Source: an uncultured delta proteobacterium (lineage in GTDB: Bacteria > Desulfobacterota > Syntrophia > Syntrophales > Smithellaceae). From it: DNA of 64,000 nucleotides. The position numbers and the translations under genes are program-made. The stretch spans positions 1,874 to 65,873 of the forward strand of contig CAWEZF010000008.1 in the NCBI GenBank assembly GCA_963813455.1, in the 5' to 3' direction. Positions 51,240 through 59,666 of the stretch are shown here, piece after piece. Position 1 is the first letter of the stretch; the number at the start of each line of letters is the position of its first letter. Under the pieces are notes generated by a model that worked only from the letters and a program-made list of their open reading frames with translations, did not search any database and was not told the DNA's origin.

Positions 51240-52474
51240 ATGAGAAATTATTTTAAACAATTAATGCCGCTGAAACTTGCATATTTTCTTGCCAGCGTTC
51301 ACCGCAAAAGAATTAAACATGCCACCTTTATTGCTATAACGGGAAGCGCTGGTAAAACAACAACCACAGATCTGATAGCCAACATCCTTGCCACATCTGG
51401 TCTTTGTCAGCGAACACATGCGTATACTACTTGTTGCCAGCTATTATTGGCAGGATTTGGCATACAAGCAAGTCCCATCGCTACTGTGTAGCGGAGTTAG
51501 CCGCAACCTCATCCGGCCCCGGCTCATTGGACATGTCTGTCCGCCTATTTAAACCGGATATTGCCGTTGTCACTGTTATTGGACGTGATCATTACAGCGC
51601 CTTCAAAAGCATGGAAGCTATCGCCGCAGAAAAGGAAAAAGTGGTGCTGGCGCTTTCACCACAGGGTATCGCCGTAATGAACATAGACGATCCACTCGTG
51701 CGATCTATGGGGGAGCGCTGCAACCGGAAGGTAATATGGTTTGGGAAAGACGCTGGCGCCACACTGCGTTTGCGCGAAGCGCGTTCATGCTGGCCGGAGC
51801 CCTTGGTCGTGGTTTTTGATTATCAAGACAAAACCTACGAAGTCCGAACACAGTTGCATGGTACCCACATGGCAATTCCGGTGCTGGCCTCGCTGGGGGT
51901 TGCGCTGGCGGCGGATCTGTCCCTGGAAAAAGCGATCTCGTCAATACAACACGTGCAGCCAATAGAAGGACGTATGCAGGTGGTGACCGGTAACGATGGA
52001 GTTGTTTTTATTCGGGATGATTGCAAGGCACCTCAATGGTCACTGAATGCACCGCTTGAATTTTTAAAAGAAGCAAAAGCCAGTCGAAAGATTGCTATTT
52101 TGGGCACCGTATCTGATGCTTCCGGAGATGCTACCCAGAGGTATAAGAAATATTCTAGACAACTGCGCGAAGTCGCGGACATTGTTGTTTGCGTCGGCCC
52201 TAATGCACACCGTGCACTACGTGCGAGAAAAAATGAGAATGATGCTACGATTCAGGGTTTTTCCAGTATTCGTGATGCGGCAGTTTACCTGCAAAGCGAA
52301 TTAAGAAAAGGTGATTTGGTTCTTCTGAAAGGCTCGCACAAAGCAGATTATCTGATTCGGCTCATCATAAACAGAGACAGTCCCATTAAGTGCTGGAAAG
52401 ACAAGTGCGATGAGCAAATATTTTGTGACAAGTGTTCCAAGCTTTATAAACCATCCACAAGATTTTTTAACTGA
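51240..52474 (+). pseudogene. Mur-ligase-family (MurF-like middle and C-terminal domains, no N-terminal domain) amide ligase, one frame break (or sequence error)
   Basis: TGSAGKTTT P-loop at residue ~34. The frame changes near a TTT run at about 51403. Downstream: ELAA..PDIAVVTVIGRDHY, HGTHMAIPVLASLGVA, a C-terminal domain, then CWKDKCDEQIFCDKC. Confidence 0.7.
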
Positions 52475-52633
52475 TTTTATTTACTTACTACAGCATGTAT
52501 GTCTATATATTTATTTACAGCAGAAAAGCTTTATCGAGCTCATATCTAAATGTCTGAATGCTCCACAATAAAATAATATTGCTCTCAGACCGTTCGCATC
52601 TGCTGATAATCCGGAATTGTTTCTGGCGCCTGG

Positions 52634-52810
52634 CTTATTTATTTTTCTTTCGCCATTCCTGATAGCGAAGGACACTGGCGTAGGTTCTCAGCGCCCGCTC
52701 GGACGATTCGAAGTAAGGAATGCCAGCATTACAGAATTGAGGTATATAGGAAGGGTCGAAGCCGGGAATGTTAACCATGAGGATAGCCTTGCCGGATTGC
52801 CGCGGGGCGC
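52634..52810 (-). pseudogene. C-terminal remnant (~55 codons) of a paralogue of the ACS-like gene at 41175-42569
   Basis: About 90% identity by eye to 41174-41349. Encodes ..ILMVNIPGFDPSYIPQFCNAGIPYFESSERALRTYASVLRYQEWRKKNK*. Confidence 0.6.
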
Positions 52811-52921
52811 CGTAAACAACATTTGTTATTAATAACTTTTGACAAAAAGCCGGGGTTGAAATAATATTGACCCGTATCGTTATTCTAACGCTCCTAAACC
52901 ACCAAACCGGGAGGCAAATAA

Positions 52922-54160
52922 ATGAAAATACTTAAGATTGTTTTAGTTTCATTGGCGGTATTAATTTGCGCTTTTTTGCTGATATCCACGATTAATTACA
53001 ATTATTATTCACCCCAAAAGCTTAACGTTGAGCCAGACAGCGAAGCTCTTGCGTTTTATAAAGAGACCTATGATGAAGCGCGGGATCTGTTTCGGTCAAA
53101 TTCAGGACTGCTTGCCCGGAAGCTCAAGGGCGTGGAAAAAGCGATGTTCAAAGTGCCTTCCAAAGAAGACAATGATTTGAGCGTTGACATTCTCTATGTC
53201 CCCGCGCAAAAAGTGAAAAAAAGGCTGGTCATTATCTCTTCCGGAACTCACGGCATTGAAGGTTATGTGGGCAGCGCGATACAGGCAATGCTCATGAAAG
53301 AGTTTATGAAAGCGGAGATACTCGATGATACCGGCTTCCTATTTATTCATGGATTGAATCCCTACGGTTTCAAATATATCCGCCGCACGACGGAAAACAA
53401 TGTTGACCTGAACCGCAACTGCTCCGCCACGCCCGAGCTCTATCAGACAAAAAATACAGGCTATCCGGCGGTTACTGACCTTATCAATCCGGAAGGAAAA
53501 GTGAAAACCCGCAGCGCCGGGAATATCTTTTTCCACCTGCGCTCCATAAAAAAGATTATCAGCGCGTCAATGCCTGTACTAAGACAGGCGGTTCTGCAGG
53601 GGCAGTATGATTACCCGAAAGGGCTCTACTACGGCGGGTCAAAGCCGGAACCGCAGATCGTCAGCGTAAGCCCCTTCATCGTAAAGTATTCCGCCGGTTA
53701 TCCTCTGGTTATGAATCTTGATTTGCATACCGGTTACGGCAAAAACGGCAACGCGCACCTGTTTCCTAACCCCGCAAGCAATACGGAAGTCAAAGCGATG
53801 ATGGAAAAAGTTTTCGCGGGTTACAAAATCGATTGGGGTGATACCGCGGGCTTTTACACGGTGACCGGAGATTTTACCGGATACCTTTCCAAGATTATAA
53901 AAACGAAATATCTGCCAATGTTAATAGAGTATGGAACGCTGGACAGCCAGACTACCTTCGGTTCCATAAATTCTCTGCACCGGACGCTTCTGGAAAATCA
54001 GGGCTTCAACTATGGCTATGCCTCGGAAGCGGACAGAGAAAGGGTCAAAAAGATGTTCCGGGAGATGTATTATCCGTCATCAGAAGCGTGGCGCACAAAG
54101 GTTATTCAGGACACAAGGGAGATCATGAACAGCGCCCTGAATAATTTTAAAAAGTTATAA
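52922..54160 (+). CDS. DUF2817 / M14-like zinc carboxypeptidase-fold protein, membrane-anchored
   Basis: 412 aa with an N-terminal TM segment, then SSGTHGIEGYVGS and NPYGF..RRTTENNVDLNRN, which resemble the M14-clan zinc site region. Confidence 0.6.
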   Translation: MKILKIVLVSLAVLICAFLLISTINYNYYSPQKLNVEPDSEALAFYKETYDEARDLFRSNSGLLARKLKGVEKAMFKVPSKEDNDLSVDILYVPAQKVKKRLVIISSGTHGIEGYVGSAIQAMLMKEFMKAEILDDTGFLFIHGLNPYGFKYIRRTTENNVDLNRNCSATPELYQTKNTGYPAVTDLINPEGKVKTRSAGNIFFHLRSIKKIISASMPVLRQAVLQGQYDYPKGLYYGGSKPEPQIVSVSPFIVKYSAGYPLVMNLDLHTGYGKNGNAHLFPNPASNTEVKAMMEKVFAGYKIDWGDTAGFYTVTGDFTGYLSKIIKTKYLPMLIEYGTLDSQTTFGSINSLHRTLLENQGFNYGYASEADRERVKKMFREMYYPSSEAWRTKVIQDTREIMNSALNNFKKL

Positions 54161-54205
54161 TAAATGTAAAGGTACTTTCATCAACATAAAAAGGAGATTG
54201 TAATC

Positions 54206-54904
54206 ATGAATTTATATCCTTATCTGGTTTTGTTCTTAGGCGCGATCGCGTTAACCATGTTTCTTATTGCCCGAGACCGTAAAGGCAGCCCAGAGGCGCT
54301 ATTGATAAAAACGATTACCAGTTTTCTATTCATCACCGTAGCTTTCGCGTCTTTTATGGTTAATTCAATCCAAGAGGTTACAATGTTCTTTGCGCTCATC
54401 ATGATGGGGCTTGTCTGCGGCCTGATCGGCGATATTGTTTTAGACCTGAAGATAATGTACAAAAAATCGTCTTCTATTTATCAGCATGGCGGCATGGTTG
54501 CTTTTTTTGTCGGGCATGTATTCTATCTGGCGGCATTGCTGATTTATTTCGGCTTCAGCTTGATGGCTTTAGTAACTGCTTTAATTTTGGCAATTATCAT
54601 AGTTTGTGTCAGCAAGTTTATTCTCAAATTTAATTTCGCCCAGCATTCAATAGACACTTATGCTTATTCATTCGCTTTGTCTTATATGATGACCCAGGCC
54701 TGCTACGCGGCAATTACTCAAGGCTATACCACCAGCACAGTTTTATTAGCCGCGGGGGCCATTTTGTTTTTGTTATCAGACCTGGTCCTGGTAATGACAT
54801 ATTATGACAACAAAGATTCCAAGCCGTTTATTGTAGTTAATCATGTGCTGTATTACGGGGCACAATACTCAATTGCCCTAAGCATTTTATACTTAGTCGT
54901 CTGA
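54206..54904 (+). CDS. YhhN/lysoplasmalogenase-family membrane protein
   Basis: 232 aa, about 8 TM segments, GLIGDIVLD and LFLLSDLVL motifs. Confidence 0.65.
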   Translation: MNLYPYLVLFLGAIALTMFLIARDRKGSPEALLIKTITSFLFITVAFASFMVNSIQEVTMFFALIMMGLVCGLIGDIVLDLKIMYKKSSSIYQHGGMVAFFVGHVFYLAALLIYFGFSLMALVTALILAIIIVCVSKFILKFNFAQHSIDTYAYSFALSYMMTQACYAAITQGYTTSTVLLAAGAILFLLSDLVLVMTYYDNKDSKPFIVVNHVLYYGAQYSIALSILYLVV

Positions 54905-54919
54905 TGATGATTGTAATCA

Positions 54920-55005
54920 GAGACGGGACTTCCGCCAGGGGCATGCGGGAATGACATTGAAAAACTGGATTGCCGCGTCCCGATAAATCAGGACTCGCAA
55001 TGACA
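54920..55005. repeat. dispersed intergenic repeat (copy e)
   Basis: ..GGCATGCGGGAATGACATTG...GGATTGCCGCGTCCCG...GGACTCGCAATGACAAAG. Confidence 0.45.
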
Positions 55006-55020
55006 AAGCAGGGCGGATTA

Positions 55021-55509
55021 ATGAAGAATAAATTAATATCTACGGCAATCAAATTGCGGAAAGCAAAGCTTTATTGCGGAATATTATTGCTATTTGCATT
55101 TTCGATTTCTCTCATGTCTTGCGCGCATTTGATACTGCAGAATCCATCATTTACGCTTCGCAAAGTCAGCCTCAGCCAGATATCATTTACAGAGTCTAAT
55201 CTTCTTCTTGATCTCGATGCGCAAAATCCAAACCGTTATAATCTCACGCTTAAAACTTTTGAATGCGTCATCTATCTAAAAGATGAGGAAATCGGGAACG
55301 GCCGCCTGGAAAAGGAAATTTTGATACCATCCGCATCAACAACGCGGATACAGGTTCCGCTTAATGTAAAATATAAAGATTTAAAGGAAATTCTGAAGGT
55401 TCTTTTTTCAGAGCATGACTTGCCTTATAAATTAGAGGGAAACGCCAATGTCAGTTCCGTATTCGGAAGCCTAACTTTCCCTTTCTCCAAAGATGGACAC
55501 ATTAACTAG
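55021..55509 (+). CDS. LEA_2 (late-embryogenesis-abundant type 2) family lipoprotein
   Basis: Start moved to MKNKLIST, downstream of the repeat. Lipobox LMSC. The pattern FTLRKVSLSQISFTESNLLLDLDAQNPN is typical of LEA_2. Confidence 0.6.
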   Translation: MKNKLISTAIKLRKAKLYCGILLLFAFSISLMSCAHLILQNPSFTLRKVSLSQISFTESNLLLDLDAQNPNRYNLTLKTFECVIYLKDEEIGNGRLEKEILIPSASTTRIQVPLNVKYKDLKEILKVLFSEHDLPYKLEGNANVSSVFGSLTFPFSKDGHIN

Positions 55510-55576
55510 GGGGGAATAGGTATTCTGATAATCCGAGACGTTTCTTTTTAATAATTAAAAATTTGAGGAGGTTTGT

Positions 55577-55768
55577 ATGAAAAATGTTGGAACTCTTGAC
55601 AAGATTATAAGGACACTCGTCGCGCTTCTGATTATCGCCGCTTACCTCTGGGGCGTGCTTCCGGGTATTTGGGGATTGCTGCTCATAATTAGCGGGTCGC
55701 TTTTTTCAAGTGTAATGAGCGGGTATTGCCCTCTCTATACAAAAATCGGCGTCAATACGAACAAGTAA
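55577..55768 (+). CDS. DUF2892 (YgaP-like) small membrane protein
   Basis: 63 aa: MKNVGTLDKIIRTLVAL...GYCPLY. Confidence 0.7.
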   Translation: MKNVGTLDKIIRTLVALLIIAAYLWGVLPGIWGLLLIISGSLFSSVMSGYCPLYTKIGVNTNK

Positions 55769-55858
55769 AAGCAGACCATCTTGGTCAAATTTTTATTACT
55801 GGCGATTTTGTTAATACAAAAAGGGCGTAGATAAACAGAAAAGCGCGCATGTGTGCTT

Positions 55859-56275
55859 TTAGTCTCCGATGATCTGAAAGACGATGTTGCGGCTTCTGGC
55901 CCGGTTATCAAAGTCAATAAACACAATCTGCTGCCATGTGCCCAGCGTCGGCTTACCGTCAACAATCGGAATCGAAAGCGATGGTTTCATTAAAGCGGCG
56001 CGGACATGGGAAAACCCGTTGCCGTCTCCCCATCTTTTATCGTGATGATAGGGAATGTCCGACGGGGCGATTTTTTCCAATGCTTCTTTCAAATCAAGCA
56101 ATACGCCTGGTTCATATTCAATGGTGGTGAGCGCTCCCGTAGAGCCGGGGCAGAAAAGGGTGACCAGCCCGCTGAAAATACCCGCTTGTTCAATATAGGA
56201 AAGCACGTGCGGTGTAATGTCGATGATATCGCTGAATCCTTTTGTGTTAATGGAAATAACTTCCGAAAAAGTCAT
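55859..56275 (-). CDS. yjbQ: YjbQ/UPF0047 family protein (secondary thiamine-phosphate synthase)
   Basis: 138 aa with GNGFSHVRAALMKPSLSIPIVDGKPTLGTWQQI. Confidence 0.85.
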   Translation of the reverse strand: MTFSEVISINTKGFSDIIDITPHVLSYIEQAGIFSGLVTLFCPGSTGALTTIEYEPGVLLDLKEALEKIAPSDIPYHHDKRWGDGNGFSHVRAALMKPSLSIPIVDGKPTLGTWQQIVFIDFDNRARSRNIVFQIIGD

Positions 56276-56414
56276 AAGCTATACTCCGCGAGCATTGGTT
56301 ATGGGATAAGAAAAATGTAAATCATTGTAAAATATCTCTAATCGTAAAAACATTATGTGCAAATATTTAAGAACAGGAAGAGGGCGGAATAAATAATATC
56401 AAGAAAAAAATGGA

Positions 56415-56747
56415 TTATAAAACCGCGACCACATTAATTTCTTTTAGTATCGTGTCTTTGGCATCCGCGGACAGATTAAGGAATTTCACGCCCATGCCCG
56501 TATCCTTTTGCGAGGCGCCTTTATTTACCCACATGACCTTGGCGTTAGTTTCTATTTTATTTAAATTACCTATAGTAAAAACCAATTTTATGGTTGAGCC
56601 TAATTCCGGCAGTTTTTCTGTCTCCACAAACATACCGTCGGCGGAAATATTTTTTGTAAAAGATATGAGGTAATCACTTTCGTGCAGATATGAAATTTCA
56701 AATTTAGTAGCCAGCCTTTTATTTATCCTGCGTTCATCTTCTCGCAT
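56415..56747 (-). CDS. PilZ domain protein (c-di-GMP binding)
   Basis: 110 aa with RRINKR (RxxxR) and NISADGMFV (D/NxSxxG). Confidence 0.7.
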   Translation of the reverse strand: MREDERRINKRLATKFEISYLHESDYLISFTKNISADGMFVETEKLPELGSTIKLVFTIGNLNKIETNAKVMWVNKGASQKDTGMGVKFLNLSADAKDTILKEINVVAVL

Positions 56748-56971
56748 ATTACCTCCGCTTTATTTATAACCGGCATAAAAAATATTAGTCGATTTGTTCC
56801 TGCAAACCCTACTTCAATTTTTTTAAAAAGAAAAGTGATGAATGTCAGTTAAAGAAAACAGCGCTTTGATAAGTTCCGGATACTCATGCAGAGGATGCGT
56901 GAACTTACGTTTATGTGGAGAGTGAATTATTGCCATTCGAGGTTTTCCGCGGCTGATATATGGCTAAATAA

Positions 56972-57008
56972 AGATGCCGTGAAGCCTTTATCGGCATCTA
57001 ATATTTTT
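56972..57008. terminator. orphan hairpin plus T-run (bidirectional terminator or 3' end of a small RNA)
   Basis: 8-bp stem AGATGCCG/CGGCATCT followed by AATATTTTT. There is an A/T-rich run on the other side too. Confidence 0.4.
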
Positions 57009-57103
57009 AATCAATAGCGCTTGCATAAATGGTTGTTTTTAAAGTAAAATACGCTTAAAAGAAAAGCTAAGACAAACTGAACAAATTTTTTGGGTTGGGT
57101 GAG

Positions 57104-57262
57104 ATGGATTTTAAAGAATTGTCACCACAGGCACAAAAAAAAGCGTATAATGATATGGCGCTAAAGCTGAAAATCGAGACTAAAACAACGTGGACCATAG
57201 GAGAAATAATCAATAAACTCAAGGAATTAGAATTTAACGCAGACGGAACAGTTAAAAAATAG
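57104..57262 (+). CDS. small hypothetical protein (52 aa)
   Basis: ATG ORF MDFKELSPQAQKKAYNDMALKLKIETKTTWTIGEIINKLKELEFNADGTVKK*. Below the ORF-track cutoff; no family recalled. Confidence 0.25.
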   Translation: MDFKELSPQAQKKAYNDMALKLKIETKTTWTIGEIINKLKELEFNADGTVKK

Positions 57263-57325
57263 CACGAACAAGCTTATCCTATCAGGCAAGCGCGTCCCCG
57301 ATCATCCAGTCATCCCTTTTTCTAT

Positions 57326-57490
57326 TTATTTGTCGAATTCTTTTAAAACAGCAGGCGGTTGTTTTATTATTTCCTCTTGTCCGGTAAAAAGCTTCGGAGG
57401 ATCAATATACGGGACATCGTATAATCCCATAGCGTCAATAAGAAATAAAATGATCAAAATTACTGCCGCATAGATAAAGAATTTTATCAT
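57326..57490 (-). CDS. small single-TM membrane protein
   Basis: Start taken at MIKFFIYAAVILIILFLIDA, which follows GGAGTG. The longer 91-aa version lacks an RBS. Confidence 0.3.
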   Translation of the reverse strand: MIKFFIYAAVILIILFLIDAMGLYDVPYIDPPKLFTGQEEIIKQPPAVLKEFDK

Positions 57491-57696
57491 TTTACACACT
57501 CCAAATTTGAAATGTTGGCTGATACCGTCCCCCTGGTTTTGCTTAAACACGTAACGCCGTAAAATATCTAAACGCCTGTCTAAGGCCTCGCTTCTGGCCA
57601 CGAAGTATAGGAAAAACGTTTTCGCCTGTCAATAATATATTAAGCTGTTAGCGGCAAACTTCGCGCTCGCTATCAGGAAATATTAAAGTTTATAAT

Positions 57697-58332
57697 TTAA
57701 TGACCGTGTCCGCCGTGGGCATTAGCTTCCCCGCCGTGATGTCCACCCTGGCCTTTTATGATGGCGTGCAATCCTTCCACGTAATGCGTAAATAAAATAT
57801 AACTTTCAACAAATTCACGGCCGGCTGCTACTGATTCATCAGCATATTTTTTTGTTTGCAGCGCGCGCTCAAAACGCTCATTGATTCCCTTGGCCGTGGC
57901 TTTTGTTAAAACATCGACCAACTTATCTACGGATCCGGTTACCAGCGCTTCATCGGCCAGGGCAACAGCGGCATCAATAGATTCACCCGGCTTTAAGCCA
58001 GTGTAGGGAGCTCCTTCACCAGCCCGGTGAATACGAACTAGGGTTTCAAAAAAATACATATCCGCCAATTCTTTGGCCTCGGCTCCCGTGGCTCGTACAG
58101 CAAGAGCTCTGTTAAAAGCGTCAAGAATTTCTTTTTCGTCACGTGGCTGCACCCATTTAAGAAGTGGTGTGACATCTCCTTTTTCCAGAGCGGCTCTGGC
58201 CGTTTTAACAACGGGACCGTTAAGAGTATCACAGTGAGCAAAAACGAATGGCAGAAAAAGCCAGGCGAAATTGATGTCGACAAAAAACATTACCGCTAGA
58301 ATAACGAAAAGAACGAGCAGTGTTTTTTTCAT
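57697..58332 (-). CDS. DUF6448-like secreted protein with a His/Gly-rich C-terminal tail
   Basis: 211 aa with a signal peptide, HCDTLNGPVV, FFETLVRIHRAGEGAPYTGLKPG, and tail GQGGHHGGEANAHGGHGH. Confidence 0.55.
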   Translation of the reverse strand: MKKTLLVLFVILAVMFFVDINFAWLFLPFVFAHCDTLNGPVVKTARAALEKGDVTPLLKWVQPRDEKEILDAFNRALAVRATGAEAKELADMYFFETLVRIHRAGEGAPYTGLKPGESIDAAVALADEALVTGSVDKLVDVLTKATAKGINERFERALQTKKYADESVAAGREFVESYILFTHYVEGLHAIIKGQGGHHGGEANAHGGHGH

Positions 58333-58459
58333 AATAAAATCTCCCTTTGTTTTATCTTACATGTTTTCGCTTCGCGCAATTGCGCTGTGATTGTTTAAAC
58401 TTTAGCCTGAAATATCTTGATGCGGCATAAGATTATTAGCCATGTGTTTAATCAAGCCG

Positions 58460-58957
58460 CTAATCAACTTTTTTAAACATCTTGCCTTTGGCGCCGCATA
58501 CCGGGCAGGTTTCCGGCGCTTCTTTTTCGGCGGTATAGCCGCAAACGGGGCAGACGTAATAGCTGTAAGCCTCTTTAGCGCTATCCAGTTCATCAAGAAC
58601 CTGCTGATACAGACCGGCGTGTATTTTTTCGACTTCATTGGCAAAATTGAAAGACCGCTGTGCCTCCTTATGCCCTTCCGCCTTGGCTGCCTCGATCATA
58701 TCCGGATACATGCTTTTGAATTCGTGCGTTTCTCCCGCGATGGCTTCCTGGAGATTTTCTCTGGTGGAACGTATTCCCTTTAACGCCTTCAAATGGGCGT
58801 GGGCGTGAACTGTTTCCGCCTCCGCTGCCGCGCGAAAAAGTTTTGCCGCCCGCGGAAAACCTTCCTGGTCGGCCTTGGCCGCGAAAGCCAGATATTTACG
58901 GTTCGCCTGTGATTCACCGGCAAAAGCTTCTTTCAACGCGTCTTCTGTTTTCGACAT
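58460..58957 (-). CDS. rbr: rubrerythrin
   Basis: 165 aa with a ferritin-like diiron domain (ExxH pairs) and C-terminal rubredoxin CPVCG...CPVCG. Confidence 0.9.
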   Translation of the reverse strand: MSKTEDALKEAFAGESQANRKYLAFAAKADQEGFPRAAKLFRAAAEAETVHAHAHLKALKGIRSTRENLQEAIAGETHEFKSMYPDMIEAAKAEGHKEAQRSFNFANEVEKIHAGLYQQVLDELDSAKEAYSYYVCPVCGYTAEKEAPETCPVCGAKGKMFKKVD

Positions 58958-58982
58958 ATTTTTCTCCTTTGATTTAAATGTT

Positions 58983-59501
58983 TTATTTTAGTCTTTCTTC
59001 CGATAAATGCAGGTGGTCTGTTTCAATCTCCACCAGCGCTTCAAATATCTCCTTAATTCTCGGCTCATCCGCTTCAGCCGCGGCCTTGCCATAGAAATCG
59101 ATCGCTCGTGTTTCTCTGGCGTGTGAATCTTTCAGATTCTCGACGTTTTGAGCGTGGCAGGTTTCGTTTCCCTGCGGAACGGATTTGAGCTTGAGTATTT
59201 TTTTCCAAATGGAGGCGTGTTCCGCTTCAACCTTGCCCAGAGCCTTGAACAAAATCTTACCTTCGGGGTTATCCGTTTTATCCGCCGCGCAGGCGTAAAA
59301 TGTCGCGTTGCTCACTTCTACCTGCAGGGCGTGTTCGGCGTTGGCCTTATCCCGCGCGCTTAACTGTACGTCAAAGTTGACAACCGCGTCTTTGGCTTCT
59401 TTAATGTAATCGATATGCGCGCCGCAAAAGGGGCAGTTTGCCGGCGGATTTTCGCCGATATACCCGTCTCCGCAAATTGTGCATCTGTATAGTTTAACCA
59501 T
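58983..59501 (-). CDS. reverse rubrerythrin (N-terminal rubredoxin-like domain plus ferritin-like domain)
   Basis: 172 aa with CTICG...CPFCG at the N-terminus, followed by a diiron four-helix region. Confidence 0.8.
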   Translation of the reverse strand: MVKLYRCTICGDGYIGENPPANCPFCGAHIDYIKEAKDAVVNFDVQLSARDKANAEHALQVEVSNATFYACAADKTDNPEGKILFKALGKVEAEHASIWKKILKLKSVPQGNETCHAQNVENLKDSHARETRAIDFYGKAAAEADEPRIKEIFEALVEIETDHLHLSEERLK

Positions 59502-59666
59502 TTGTTTTCCTTTCAGTTATTTATTGAGTTGTTATGTTTTGTTTTTTTGAAAATTGTTATATTGGCTAGAATATGTGCTAGGCATGAATTGTCAAGAAAA
59601 TTGTAAATCTATTTTTTGACATAAAAAATTTACTTATGTTAACAAGGGGCTGGCAAAAATATTATA

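Noticed and set aside
52617-52832. 71-aa plus-strand ORF
   Set aside because: It is the reverse frame of the ACS-like C-terminal remnant. An almost identical shadow ORF begins the 41139-42047 ORF at the paralogous locus.
30651-55005. Whether the dispersed repeats form a CRISPR array
   Set aside because: The copies are kilobases apart, imperfect, partly palindromic and not regularly spaced. No cas genes are present.
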